Positions 26,635-39,260 of a stretch of DNA of 64,000 bases are shown here, in pieces (position 1 is the stretch's first letter; every line of letters starts with the position of its first letter). The notes under the pieces were generated by a model. The model was not told where the DNA came from and did no database searches. It was given only the letters and a program-made list of their open reading frames with translations. Made by a program: the position numbers and the translations under genes. This DNA comes from Eledone cirrhosa. Lineage: Eukaryota. The stretch lies in assembly GCA_964016885.1 (NCBI GenBank), contig OZ024740.1, positions 114,452,001-114,516,000 of the forward strand, given 5' to 3'.

Positions 26635-26640
<6 letters not shown>
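25783..26640 (-). mobile_element. Element with ~260-bp direct repeats (25783-26044 and 26380-26640), probably a PLE pseudo-LTR tandem
   Basis: Near-identical direct repeats with (TA)n on both flanks. The minus strand reads KRKIVE..KPELNN, resembling a GIY-YIG C-terminus. Confidence 0.55.
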
Positions 26641-26694
<54 letters not shown>

Positions 26695-26735
26695 GAGTCA
26701 GCATGTTTACTGTAAGTGTATATACACACATATAC

Positions 26736-26768
<33 letters not shown>

Positions 26769-27164
26769 CCCTGCTACTCTTCTAACAGAAATTTAAATGA
26801 TAACTCCCATCCATTCTTTCGGAAAGCATAAATATGCTGTAACTCCACACGCAACTACGTAGAGATTCCGTCCACATTGGATAGCTATAGTGAAACATTT
26901 GGATGTAAACAATCTTCTATATAGACTATTGAACCACTTGGTAATTTGAAATAACTCAATGGTTTGACCACTCCACTGTAATTTGATAAATACAGATTTT
27001 AATTCTCCCTAGTGACTGCTGGCCACGTTTAGTTCGTCCATAATGAATTCTACCTGATTTTCTAAACTATATTTCATAGCAATCGACTGTCGTTAAAATT
27101 ATCTTCTGCGTTTGGAATTCCAATATCTTAAAAGTATCCAGTTTCCATAGTGTTATAGGTTACA

Positions 27165-27268
27165 TTTGGAGACGGTTGCTTCTGATAGGACCCGCTGGAA
27201 GGATGTGTTTGAGGTCTCTAAACACACGCACCCTGTCAGGAATAAGTGAACGAGGAAGAAGAAGAAAA
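27165..27268 (+). mobile_element. RTE-like 3' end with GAA tail
   Basis: GGAGACGGTTGCTTCTGATAGGAC..AGGAATAAG..GAAGAAGAA matches the 3' end of the element at 38171-39260. Confidence 0.5.
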
Positions 27269-27552
27269 GAGCAAGAGAGAGAGGGTCTGTACCGTGCTAT
27301 TGATGCTGAGTAGACAACTAATCATGGCATTTCTGAATGCATCGGGAGAAGCAGAGTGGCAATAAAGATTGGTAAATCTCGACTGCGGCGCCAATCGGTG
27401 AGGATTTACCTATCTCTATCTATCTACCTATCTCTCCGTCTTCCCCCTCTCTTTTTATCTCTCTTTCTCTCTCTCTGCATATAAACTAAAAAAATATATG
27501 TATATACACCCATATAATATAGCATTATATGTATTACAATATTACAAAGGCT

Positions 27553-27985
27553 AGGATTGGCAGTATCGGTAGAGGGTCGGACGCCATGCTTTGACACATA
27601 GAGTTACGGCCTTTGCCATTCTGAGTTCAAATCCTGCCGAGGTTAACTTTGCTTTTCATCCTTACGGAGTCGATAAAATAAAGTACCAGTAATACACTGG
27701 TGTAATTGCTGGCCTTGAGCCAAAAGTAAAAACAATGATATATATTACAATATATTATGTTATATATAGGGGCATTGGATTTGCATTATCGGAAGAAAAT
27801 CGGAAAATATGCATTGTAGTATAGAGTTACCGCGAATTCTTTTCTGAGTTCAAATCCTGCCGAATTTAACTTTCCTTTTCATCCTTACTGGGTCGGTAAA
27901 ATGAAGTACCAGTAACGCACTGAGGTTAATTCAATCGACTTTTCTCTCCCCACAAAGTGCTGTGTTTGTGCCTAAATGAAAACTT
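27553..27985 (+). mobile_element. Two tRNA-derived SINE copies (27553-27737 and ~27770-27985)
   Basis: A box TGGCAGTATCGG, B box GAGTTCAAATCC, core TTTCATCCTTACGGAGTCGATAAAATAAAGTACCAG, tail GCTGGCCTTGAGCCAAAAGTA. Confidence 0.88.
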
Positions 27986-29179
27986 TTACATTATATTATA
28001 CAAAAAGGAACTTGAATTTAAGGATTAAAGGAAGGCACAAAGCAAATTAAACGTTTTCATATATAAAGAATTCATGACGATCTACCAGTTCGAATAACTC
28101 ACTACTGGCCCACGATTCATCGAGAGTCACATTCATCGATTGAGAATATCTTGAATCTACATTTGATTTAGACCAGCCAAAGACATGCAAGAAATGTTTT
28201 GAAATAGCTCATCTGTGATTGTAGAATAGTCACATAATGTATCATCTGCTACTTTATCAGTTATTGGATTCCAGATGTTGCTTGATTAATCAAGAAAAAT
28301 AAGACAACACATGTAAAAGATTGCGAAAATAATTGAATGGTTACATTTAGACATAACAACTAATTGCAGTGAACTTAATTATTAATTATTTTTTATATAT
28401 TGGCTTATTTATATATTTTAAAACTCTACTTTTTTAAAGTTTAATCCGCTTTACCTTATTGACCGATGCTGATTATTTAGCCGTTCATTATCTATAATGC
28501 AATTATGTATTGTGATATGAAAATACGTATTAAATTAATTGTAAGGATTAACCCTAATTACAAAGCTGGTGTGTGAGAACACTTGTTAACCAAAGTTAAC
28601 ATGAACGAGCATTCCAGATATCGGCAGAACTGTGAAAACGGAGAAATTATGTTTTTACATATATATATTAATTTCAACAACGTCAGTATTCCGTGTGTCA
28701 TAATTATCGATTATCATTGGTTCATAAGTTTCAAACGACTCCGCCCACCTCAACGACGCCAAACTTAAATTAATACGCATAATGCTAATGAGGGAGTGAG
28801 AGGGGAGAGTAACAAACTGAGAGGCAAAATGAACGCTGTAACTATAACCATGTCTGCGTGTGTATGTATGCGCGCGTATGAGCGTGCGTGAAGCGTTCCA
28901 TAGAAAGTAAAATCTCTGAACATGTGTGAGTGTGTAAGTGTGTGTAAGTGCATGGGTGCGTGTGTAAATTTGCGTGCGTGTGCGCGTTTCCATGCGTGTA
29001 TGTGTGTGTACGTGGGGCGTTCCACAATCGCCACGCAGTTTATCTGTCTGTGTGCCTGTCTGTTAGTCTAAGATACACAGAGTTGTGAAGGGAGTAAATA
29101 GGGACCTTTTTTTTACATTGGCGGACATCTTTTATATTTATTATTGTGTCACTTTTGGACAATTGCTCGAAATGAATAC

Positions 29180-29405
29180 TATAATAAAAGCAATTCGACT
29201 TTATCAAACAGTGAACTACAGCGGAGACGGCCTGCAGCCAGGAATGAAGAAAAACGGGCCGAACAGCGCCATCGGAACGCAGAACTTCAGAGGCGAAGAC
29301 GTGCCGCCATGAATGAAGAGGAGCTGGCTGAACAACGCCAACGAAACACTGGAGCCAAGCAGCGACGGCATGCTGCGAAGATTGAAGACGAACTGGCTGA
29401 GCATC
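29180..29405 (+). pseudogene. Helitron Rep/helicase N-terminal charged-repeat fragment
   Basis: LQRRRPAARNEEKRAEQRHRNAELQRRRRAAMNEEELAEQRQRN, adjacent to a Helitron 3' piece. Confidence 0.5.
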
Positions 29406-29422
29406 ATCTTTTATATTAATTA

Positions 29423-29788
29423 TCTATATCTATATCTACATATAATATAAAAGATTGGAACTTCCATCATCCTTTAGAGAAACTTGGAACAACCACGTCT
29501 ATGCAATTATACACGTTTTACAGTCAGGCAGAAGATGAACCATCTCCTAGAGGTCACTGTTCTAGGTGGGAGCAGAGCACCTAGAATTGTTCATATACTA
29601 GGCACAAACGGTACAACGAAGAATCTGGTATATCTGGAAGATTTTTTTTTTATTGTTTTCTGTATCACACAGACACCACGGACTCGCCTCATACTGTAAC
29701 CAGACAAACATACAATATAGTCATTTTCTCTTTTACCTGTCTTCTCTTATGATCTGTTTACCCGGGCGAAGCTGGGTACGTCAACTAG
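29423..29788 (+). mobile_element. Short non-autonomous Helitron carrying PIF1-helicase remnants
   Basis: 5' TCTATA..TATAATATAAAAG; IILLRNLEQPRLCNYTRFTV..LLEVTVLGG..KNLVY; 3' hairpin ACCCGGGCGAAGCTGGGT followed by CTAG|T. Confidence 0.8.
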
Positions 29789-30719
29789 TTGTAATTTACG
29801 TGTACTTTAATTTGATTGTTGAATTTTATTTTTGTTTGAGTAAGTTAAGATGACAGGAATAATTATTTTAAAAAAAATTAAATAAGCTTTAACCGACATG
29901 CAATCAGATTCAATTCATTAAAATTAGTAACGAAACAATTATGTTTCAACGTACACAAGCTCAATTCAACAAATCAACAAGTCCTTATGTGAAGCAGACC
30001 ATCATATCATTGGTGCTGTTGTATATGCCCAGTTCATCCCAGCTGAATTAAATATATGCTTAAACACTTTGCAGCTATTACTTTCTCTAGTTGCATATCA
30101 AATCGCCTTTTCCTCTGTGTATCATTTCAGTATATAATTTCAGCGATAGCTGGCTACTATTTAAGCATATCAGGTAAATACATGGATATTGCCTTATCAC
30201 AACGGTTTATGACCATTTTAATGCGATATATAATAAATAGAAATTTGGCGTTGGAAAAATTATAACCTTCATTGAAATGACTAAAGAAAAGCTATGAAAA
30301 AGCAGGGCGAATTGATAAATAAATGAAAAAATGATTTATGAACTGACTAAAGGAGCAACAAGTAAATATTGGTTTCAATACATCATTCATAAAAAGAAGA
30401 GAAAAATGATATTTTGTATTTAGTTTATTACTCAACATATACATTAATATTAAAAAAAAAACGAATAGATTAGTTCATTAGCTTTACTACCCAAAATAGC
30501 AATTAATTATTCAATTACTTGGCAAATGAACGAAAGGAAAAAAAAAGATGGAAAAAAATGCGAGAATGTTCAGTGCATTTAGGAAATATTGCAAAGCCGC
30601 ATATCGATGGATGAGGAATGGTTCTGTATATTAATGTGTGTGAGTGTATAGATATGCATATTTGTTTATATATCTATGTAGATGTGTATGTATATAATAT
30701 ATATGTGTGTATATACATT

Positions 30720-31327
<608 letters not shown>

Positions 31328-31787
31328 TTAATATTTTTTTTAAGGCAACGCTTGTAATAACTCTAGTTAAACATGATATATATTAATAATAAATTATCGC
31401 TATAATTGTTATTTTATAAATGATCTTATAAATATTATTGTAAGATGTATAAAAATATTTTCAGACTTTTAATAGTTAATATACATTTTAAAAATCATAT
31501 ATAAATTAACAATATAACTTACCAAAACGAGAAAAATATTTTGATGATAAACGACGAAATACTGGAGGAAAATTCGAAAGCGAAACAATAAATAAACGTG
31601 GAAACAAAGTGGTGGATGCTTTTGAGCAACAATTACTCTCATTGGTTGATGAGCCAATAAGACGATACCTTACAAAAGATGTTTGGGAGACATCACCACG
31701 GCCAGCGGTACCCCTTGAAATTTTTATTCACAAGCTACGCATGTATGTCAGAGACGCAGACTATATACATATATATACATGGGTGAC

Positions 31788-31934
<147 letters not shown>

Positions 31935-32961
31935 ACAGGTCAATTCATCCTTACCTGTTTTCATACAATATTTAGTGATTCTCTCGTCCCTAATTCTTTA
32001 ACACGATGGATTATGGGATACGTTAGTACGACCTCTCATAAGGCTGAAAGATGTTCGCATATATGACTCATACTTACTGAGAACATGGCCAACGTTTATC
32101 ATTAGAAGCACCAAGTAGCAAACCTAGATAGGCGCATTAATAAACATAAGGGAATTACAGTTTTACACAAATTTGTATAATTAAATTTAATATATAAACC
32201 TAATCCTAAAGGCAGTGTCAGAGCATGGCCACAGCCAGTCGACTGGAACACGTCAATGAGCAAAGGAATATATATATTCATTTTCTACGATCAATAGATA
32301 TATCAAGGTGGTAGAGATTAGTTTAGGTAATACAATGCTATGGCCTAAATTATGCTTTAGCATGGATGGGCGTGATCTATGTAATGGAAAATGCAAGCTT
32401 AATCATTTTCATAGTTTGATCACAACAGGAAATGTCAACAACAAGGATCGGAAGCTTACCAATCTGTAAGTTAAAATTATTATATTTGAGGCAATGATGC
32501 ATATCACTGAGAGAAGAGGCACATATGGTATGGCTAGCGGGGCACTCTAGTTACCTATGAGTGACTACATGGACATTGATTTTAGAGAGGATATTCATCT
32601 TTTTTCACTACATATATATTTCCAATTAGATTGTTGTTTCTCACAACATTAAATGTGTTAACACTAAATTTCTATCGTTTTTTTTTTTTTAGTTTGTGTT
32701 TCTTTATAATAAAGGCTATTAATTAAAAGTACATACATAATATTTAAGCAGCTCATAAGATTGATTTCTACTGTGCCAAGATAAATCTAAACATTTGTTA
32801 AAGTAAATATGAAAATGAAATATATACACAAATATAGGAGTTTTGTGTGTGTTTTTAAGGAAAAGAAAAAGTATAAAATAATATTATTCAAGTCATATAT
32901 GTGTATCAGATACTGAGATATCAAGATTATTAATTAACAAAGACAAAGAATAATAATAAAC

Positions 32962-33002
<41 letters not shown>

Positions 33003-33014
33003 GAATATAGAAAT

Positions 33015-33066
33015 GGCTTCTACAGGACTAGAACTGTTTCATTCGAGAGAAATCATCAGGACTTCC
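33015..33066 (-). ncRNA. Type I hammerhead ribozyme motif (intact core, weak stem I) in a ~100-bp insert between (TA)n tracts
   Basis: GGAAGTC CTGATGA TTTC-TCTC-GAAT GAA ACAG-TTCTAGTC-CTGT A GAAGCC. Confidence 0.6.
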
Positions 33067-33101
33067 TGGTGATTTCCGATTGAACTCGTGATAAACTTGT
33101 A

Positions 33102-33255
<154 letters not shown>

Positions 33256-33268
33256 GAGAGAGAGAGAT

Positions 33269-33313
<45 letters not shown>

Positions 33314-33354
33314 AAAAAGGAAATTTCTCTGAGTACGTCTGATACTTAAATATA

Positions 33355-34025
33355 AGTATGTATACGTACATACATATATGTATACAGACGTACAGTAGTA
33401 TGTATATACATACATACATGCACATATATATATATATATATATGTACGTATGGATTTACCGAATATCTATTATAATGATCGGTTTGCTTGTAAACAAACA
33501 GCCCGAATTTTTAGCCGGACAGTGTTCGGCAACCATCGTTGCCCTTTTGTTCAACACTGACAAAGGAAAGATGAACTAGTGTCTAGCTTATTAGCTATCA
33601 TCAGCACCGTATACCTTCCTGTCAGTCGATTGAACGTTTGAAAGTATATACTTTCCTTCTGCATATTTTTTCCAATTATAGTTTTCGATACACCCGGCCG
33701 ACTAACTCACTCGATATGAAAATTAGATTGCTCAGCCGTTAATATTCATAAGGAAAGTATATCATTTCAAACGTTCAATCGACTGACAGGAAGGTATACG
33801 GTGCTGATGACAGCTAATAAGCTAGAAACTAGTTCATCGTTCCTTTGTCAGTGTTGAACAAAAGGGCAACGATGGTTGCCGAACACTGTACGGCTAAACA
33901 TTCGGGCTGTTTGTTTACAAACAAACCGAGCATTATAATAAATGTTCGGTAAACCCATACGTAGATATATATATGTGTGCATGTATATACTACTGTACGT
34001 CTGTATACATATATGTATGTGCGTA
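33355..34025. mobile_element. PLE-like fold-back element with ~280-300-bp inverted arms, each containing a minimal hammerhead
   Basis: 33355-33658 is the reverse complement of 33749-34025. Confidence 0.8.
33798..33840 (+). ncRNA. Minimal type I hammerhead ribozyme (mirror copy at 33568-33610 on minus)
   Basis: ACGGTG CTGATGA CAGCT-AATA-AGCTA GAA ACTAGT T CATCGT; stem I ACGGTG/CATCGT and palindromic stem III ACTAGT. Confidence 0.78.
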
Positions 34026-34099
34026 TACACACACACACATATATATAAATATATATTATAAGCGAAGCTAGGTTTCACATTGAGGTTTTCATTGATTAT

Positions 34100-34190
34100 A
34101 CAGAGTTACGACCGTTTCACAGATGGGTGGCTCAGGATCCATGTAAATGTTATAGACCCGGCTCCACCCAGATCGACTCATCAGACTTGT
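34100..34190 (-). ncRNA. Type I hammerhead ribozyme motif with long stem II
   Basis: ACAAGT CTGATGA ..TGGGTGG..CCACCCA.. GAA ACGGTCGT A ACTCTGT. Confidence 0.62.
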
Positions 34191-34299
34191 TAATTAAGCA
34201 AAACACAAAATTTCAGTGTTTATAATATATATAATCTGCCATAACAAACATCCTGAATTTGGTACCTTCTTCAGTAAACACTAATCCACTGAACCACAT

Positions 34300-34413
<114 letters not shown>

Positions 34414-34471
34414 CCTCTCTCACATTCCCTCTCTCTCTATATATCTACCTATCTATCTATATTTCTGTATG

Positions 34472-34541
<70 letters not shown>

Positions 34542-34542
<1 letters not shown>

Positions 34543-34935
34543 GAAAACGAAAAATCAGTGATGCATCTGAACTCAATTTATTATGTGTTACAATTGTTTT
34601 GCCGGCGGACAGCTCGAGACGTGATCATTGTGTGGATCTGTCTGATTCTGGACCCACAAGTTCAACGGACACGTCTCCTGATTTCTAATATTCTCTGAGA
34701 AGATATGCTCCGAAATCATTAGACATGTCCGTCGAATCTGTGGGTCCAGAATCAGACAGATCCACACAATGATCGCGTCTCGAGCTGTCCGCCGGCGAAA
34801 CAATTGTAACACACAATAAATTGAGTTCAGATGCATCACTGATTTTTCGTTTTCTGTTATATCATACTCTACTCTGTAAGAGCATAGAGTGCTCAACCGG
34901 CATACCGCCTATGGAAGCATCTTAGCTACAATCAG
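34542..34935. mobile_element. PLE-like fold-back: ~145-bp inverted arms plus a one-sided ~80-bp tail
   Basis: 34542-34685 is inverted at 34712-34855. The right arm has the hammerhead 3' half GAAACAATTGTA. Flanked by (TA)n and (CA)n. Confidence 0.75.
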
Positions 34936-34943
34936 ACACACAC

Positions 34944-35436
<493 letters not shown>

Positions 35437-35831
35437 TTATATATATATATATATAATTAAAAACAGAACACAATAGATTTTACAAAAGGCAATTCATCAG
35501 AATCCCTTATAGATATTGAGTAAAATATATATCGTGTATATTTATGCAAGTCCTAGTAAATTTAAAACATGACGAATATCCATAAATAAACTATGACCAT
35601 CATTCTGATTACTTCTGAATATATGTACATTAGGAAACAAGCCCAAGAATACACAGGATTTATCCTGTCTATGTTTGTTACGTGTGTAGGTTAATTTACC
35701 AAATGCATTTGAATGTTTTATAGTTAATTTAATATATGTATTTTTGTAGCTTTGAATATTAAAACCATATAGATGTGAAAGTTTTAAATATGCCCATTAC
35801 CTTCACTCATATTCCAATTTGTATGTGAGTA

Positions 35832-35924
<93 letters not shown>

Positions 35925-35926
<2 letters not shown>

Positions 35927-36115
35927 CGAAGGAAATGTGGTAAGGAACCAGGTGGACCATAACGCATCAAAGTACTCAATACTTAGGGTAGTAGAGTGGG
36001 TAATAGGAACGAGTAGGACCTCGACTGCTGAGCTCAAGCCGTTTCGACGGCTAAATTTTAGTCCAGAATTAGCCGTCGAAACGGCTTGAGCTCAGCCGTC
36101 GGGGTCCTACTCGTT

Positions 36116-36117
<2 letters not shown>
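35925..36117 (-). mobile_element. Miniature PLE terminus (fold-back plus tail), same family, opposite orientation
   Basis: Reverse complement of the 35069-35271 structure with a different fold-back point; lies in (TA)n. Confidence 0.85.
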
Positions 36118-36178
<61 letters not shown>

Positions 36179-36203
36179 CTCTCTCTCTATATATCTATCT
36201 ATC

Positions 36204-36244
<41 letters not shown>

Positions 36245-37289
36245 ATAATATATATAAATATGTAAACGGAAATATCAAAAATAACAATACAAATAACACA
36301 ATACATATGTGGATGTGTGTGTGTATGTATATATATATATGTATGTAATTAAACTAAAGTATTCAATACGCTGATATAGAGTACAATAATAATTATTCGA
36401 AGGTGAGGCACTATTGTGTCTATGTTTCCCGGGGAAGTGAAATTTGAATAATTACTCACTCAAAATCAGCTTTGTATGATATGTGAGTAGGTGGGTGGGG
36501 AGCTTTATGTTTGTACGCAAGGTCTACAATAATGTAATGCAAATAAAATTTAATGCAACGCGGAGACCTCATGTTGTTTGAATTAGATGTAAATAGCCAT
36601 ATAAGAGTTTTCTGTTTTGATATTTCCTAATTTTTGTAATTAAAATGTTATCGACAAATAATTGGAAAAAATATTTTCTATTAAATGGAATTAAATTTCA
36701 TTTCATAAAATGTCAATATATTAATCAACGATCTCATATCAACATGAAGTTAAAAAAATAAACTGCCGAATTTCCGATAGGAACGAGGAAATTTGACTTT
36801 TGTCCAGAATTTTAGATTTATAAACAACTTTAAAATTGCTGGGCGCTTTGGATCAATTTCAACAAAAATATATTTGTAGTTGGCGTCATCGTGGTCTGAT
36901 AGAATAATAATATCAGCTGGAAAATAACATGTGAACACAGGCGTGTAAGTCGGCAGTGGATGTGTTTATAATTGAATATAAACCTTTTTATATGAATTTA
37001 TATTAAGAGTTTTAAATGGATGAAGACTGATATGATCAAATTTCGAGGTGTAATTTATTGTTGTTAATTGTGTTATTGTTTAGCTTAAAGTCATCCATGA
37101 TCGAGCACATATATTGTAACAGGCATTCCTGCTCTGACCACCAAAATATTTTGTATATCTATGACTTTGCTGTTTTTAACGAAGGCAATTCGTGATGCAA
37201 TTGTCAAGTTATTTTAGCAGCAAACTTGCTGGGTCACTAGAACGAATTAAATGCCTCGGAATTTGTTTCGACTCCTGCCATCTGTCCAA

Positions 37290-37350
37290 ATTTCGTCGAG
37301 ATCAACTTTGGTTTTCAACCTTTCGAAGTCGATAAACCAAGTCGCTGCAG
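37290..37350 (+). mobile_element. Degenerate SINE fragment
   Basis: AAATTTCGTCGAGATCAACTTTGGTTTTCAACCTTTCGAAGTCGATAAA resembles the SINE core. Confidence 0.5.
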
Positions 37351-37919
37351 AGGTGGAATTGTTAAAGAATCGAACTGGATGCTTTGCGCTGTATGATGTG
37401 GTTCTGCGTATTCACAGTTAGAATCTTATCTACGTCTGCCAAGAGTGCTGATAGGCATATTATATCAGCAAAGAGTAATGGAAACATCATTTTTTTAGTC
37501 CGATCTAAAGATCAGCACCTTTCTTATTTACTTTCGGAGAAAGAGCAACTGGATAGAGAGACCTTCGAAAATGTAAAAAATGAAACATTGTTGAAGCTTT
37601 TCAATAGCAATATTTTATATGAGTTGGAAATTGTTTTTGTAGATGGGCCATTAGCACAATCGTTGCTTCAATGCATTATTTTCGTTGCTCGCAATTCAGT
37701 TCATCAAATCTTTATGACCTGGTACACGTTCATAACCCCAGTATATGACTATTACTTTTTTCCTTGATACGAAATGTATGAAAGTCAAGGTTAAATTCGA
37801 CGAATGCTGAGATCATAGTGCAAAAGCTAAATTGAATATTCAAAGAAATTCTGTATAATAATTCATTGATTTTACCAGCATTTGCCGGCTCTACCATAGT
37901 ATTTCCACATGGAAAAAAT

Positions 37920-38015
37920 AATATTGTTATACTTGGGGAGGGTCATATTGTTGTAATAATATTGCCAGAAATAATAACAAAACACACTCACTGTTTGGTT
38001 GGTTTTCGCTTTTGT
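37920..38015 (+). repeat. Dispersed repeat, second copy at 48835-48925
   Basis: TTGTTATA.TTGG.GAGGGTCATATT..AATATTGCCAGAA..ACACACTCACTGTTTGGTTGGTTTTCGCTT is shared; both copies are near (TA)n. Confidence 0.75.
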
Positions 38016-38170
38016 ATCTTTGATATCTCCATAGTTAATGTATTTGGCAATCAGTAGATTCATATATATATGTATATATATATATCTATATATATATATA
38101 TATATATATGCATTACTTTTATTTTTACTGGACTCTAGCTTGCGTCGAAATCATTTTGTCATTTTAGCCG

Positions 38171-39260
38171 TTCTTCTTCTTCTTCTTCTTCTTCTTCTTC
38201 TTCTTCTTCTTCTTCTTCTTCTTCTTCTTCTTCTTCTTCTTCTTCTTCTTCTTCTTCTTCTTCTTCTTCTTCTTCTTCTTCTTCTTCTTCTTCTTCTTCT
38301 ATTTATTCCTAAACGGATCATGGGGGTATAGTCCAGAAACTTCTTGTGAGTCCTGTCAGAAGCAACCCTCTCCAACTGATCCGACTGGATTCCTATAGGA
38401 GACCTGCCAAGCTCATGGATGTTATCCAACCATCTTGCTCGAAATCTACCCCATTCTGTTCTGCCGGTTGGTTTTGCCCGTAAAATCTGTCAAGCGGTTT
38501 TTCCTGAGACATTCTATATACATGTCCATAATATCGGAGCTCTGATCTCTAAGTTCGAAGAAGTAGCGTCTCTAAATGAAGTAACTCTCTGCTCTCCGAG
38601 GACGAGTGTCTCAGTTTTCGCAGCACTGATTTTCATTCCAGCCATGCAGCACTCGACAGCAAACCTATCAAGTGCAAGTCGGAGATCACTTTCTGTCGAG
38701 TTAAGTAACACCTTCTCGCTTGCATATTCCAGATGACTGATTGTTACCTGGCTTTCATGATATCACTTTCAACTCGACTATGCATATCAATTTTGTTCAT
38801 GTAACACCGGATGCGGGAGTATGCACTTTTGGCAGAATCCAACTTCCACATTGATTGATTTCGATTTAGCACCATTTATCCGAACTCAAATCCTTGTGCA
38901 TTCGTATAGAGTCATCGGGTTAACAAGTAGCTAACCATCGATCCCATACTCCTGCGGAACTTCCTTCAGTCATATGCCTTTCTGAAGTCTACAGAACAAA
39001 ATTTGACCTCTTGGCAATACACCCAGGATTTCTCGACAACTTACCAGTGTTAATATTTGGTCGTCTGTGCTGCATTCGAGCTGAAAACCACACTTTTCAT
39101 TAGCTAGGTTTGACTCGACAATCTTCCTACATTTTTTTGCCAGGCACATAACATAGACTTTACCGGAGAGACTTAACAAGGAGATACCTCTCTAATTGGA
39201 ACAATCTCTCCTGTATCCCTTTCAGGAAATTGGGGTTATCACTCCCAATTGCCAGAGTTG
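38171..39260 (-). mobile_element. Degenerate RTE-clade LINE with long (GAA)n tail (38171-38299)
   Basis: RGISLLSLSGKVY, EKCGF..STDDQILTL, GMKISAAKTE; the 3' end runs into (GAA)n. Confidence 0.78.

Noticed and set aside
31644-31670. TTGATGAGCCAATAAGACGATACC hammerhead-like string
   Set aside because: C3 and GAAA are both altered and no convincing stem I or III is visible; at best a fossil.
32430-32472. Possible 37-nt host exon (CAG..TCT|GTAAGT)
   Set aside because: Splice-like signals only, with no recognisable protein or partner exons; RNA-seq would be needed.
37384-37767. 127-aa ORF in unique-looking sequence
   Set aside because: Non-ATG start, no recognisable motif, and begins in SINE-like debris.
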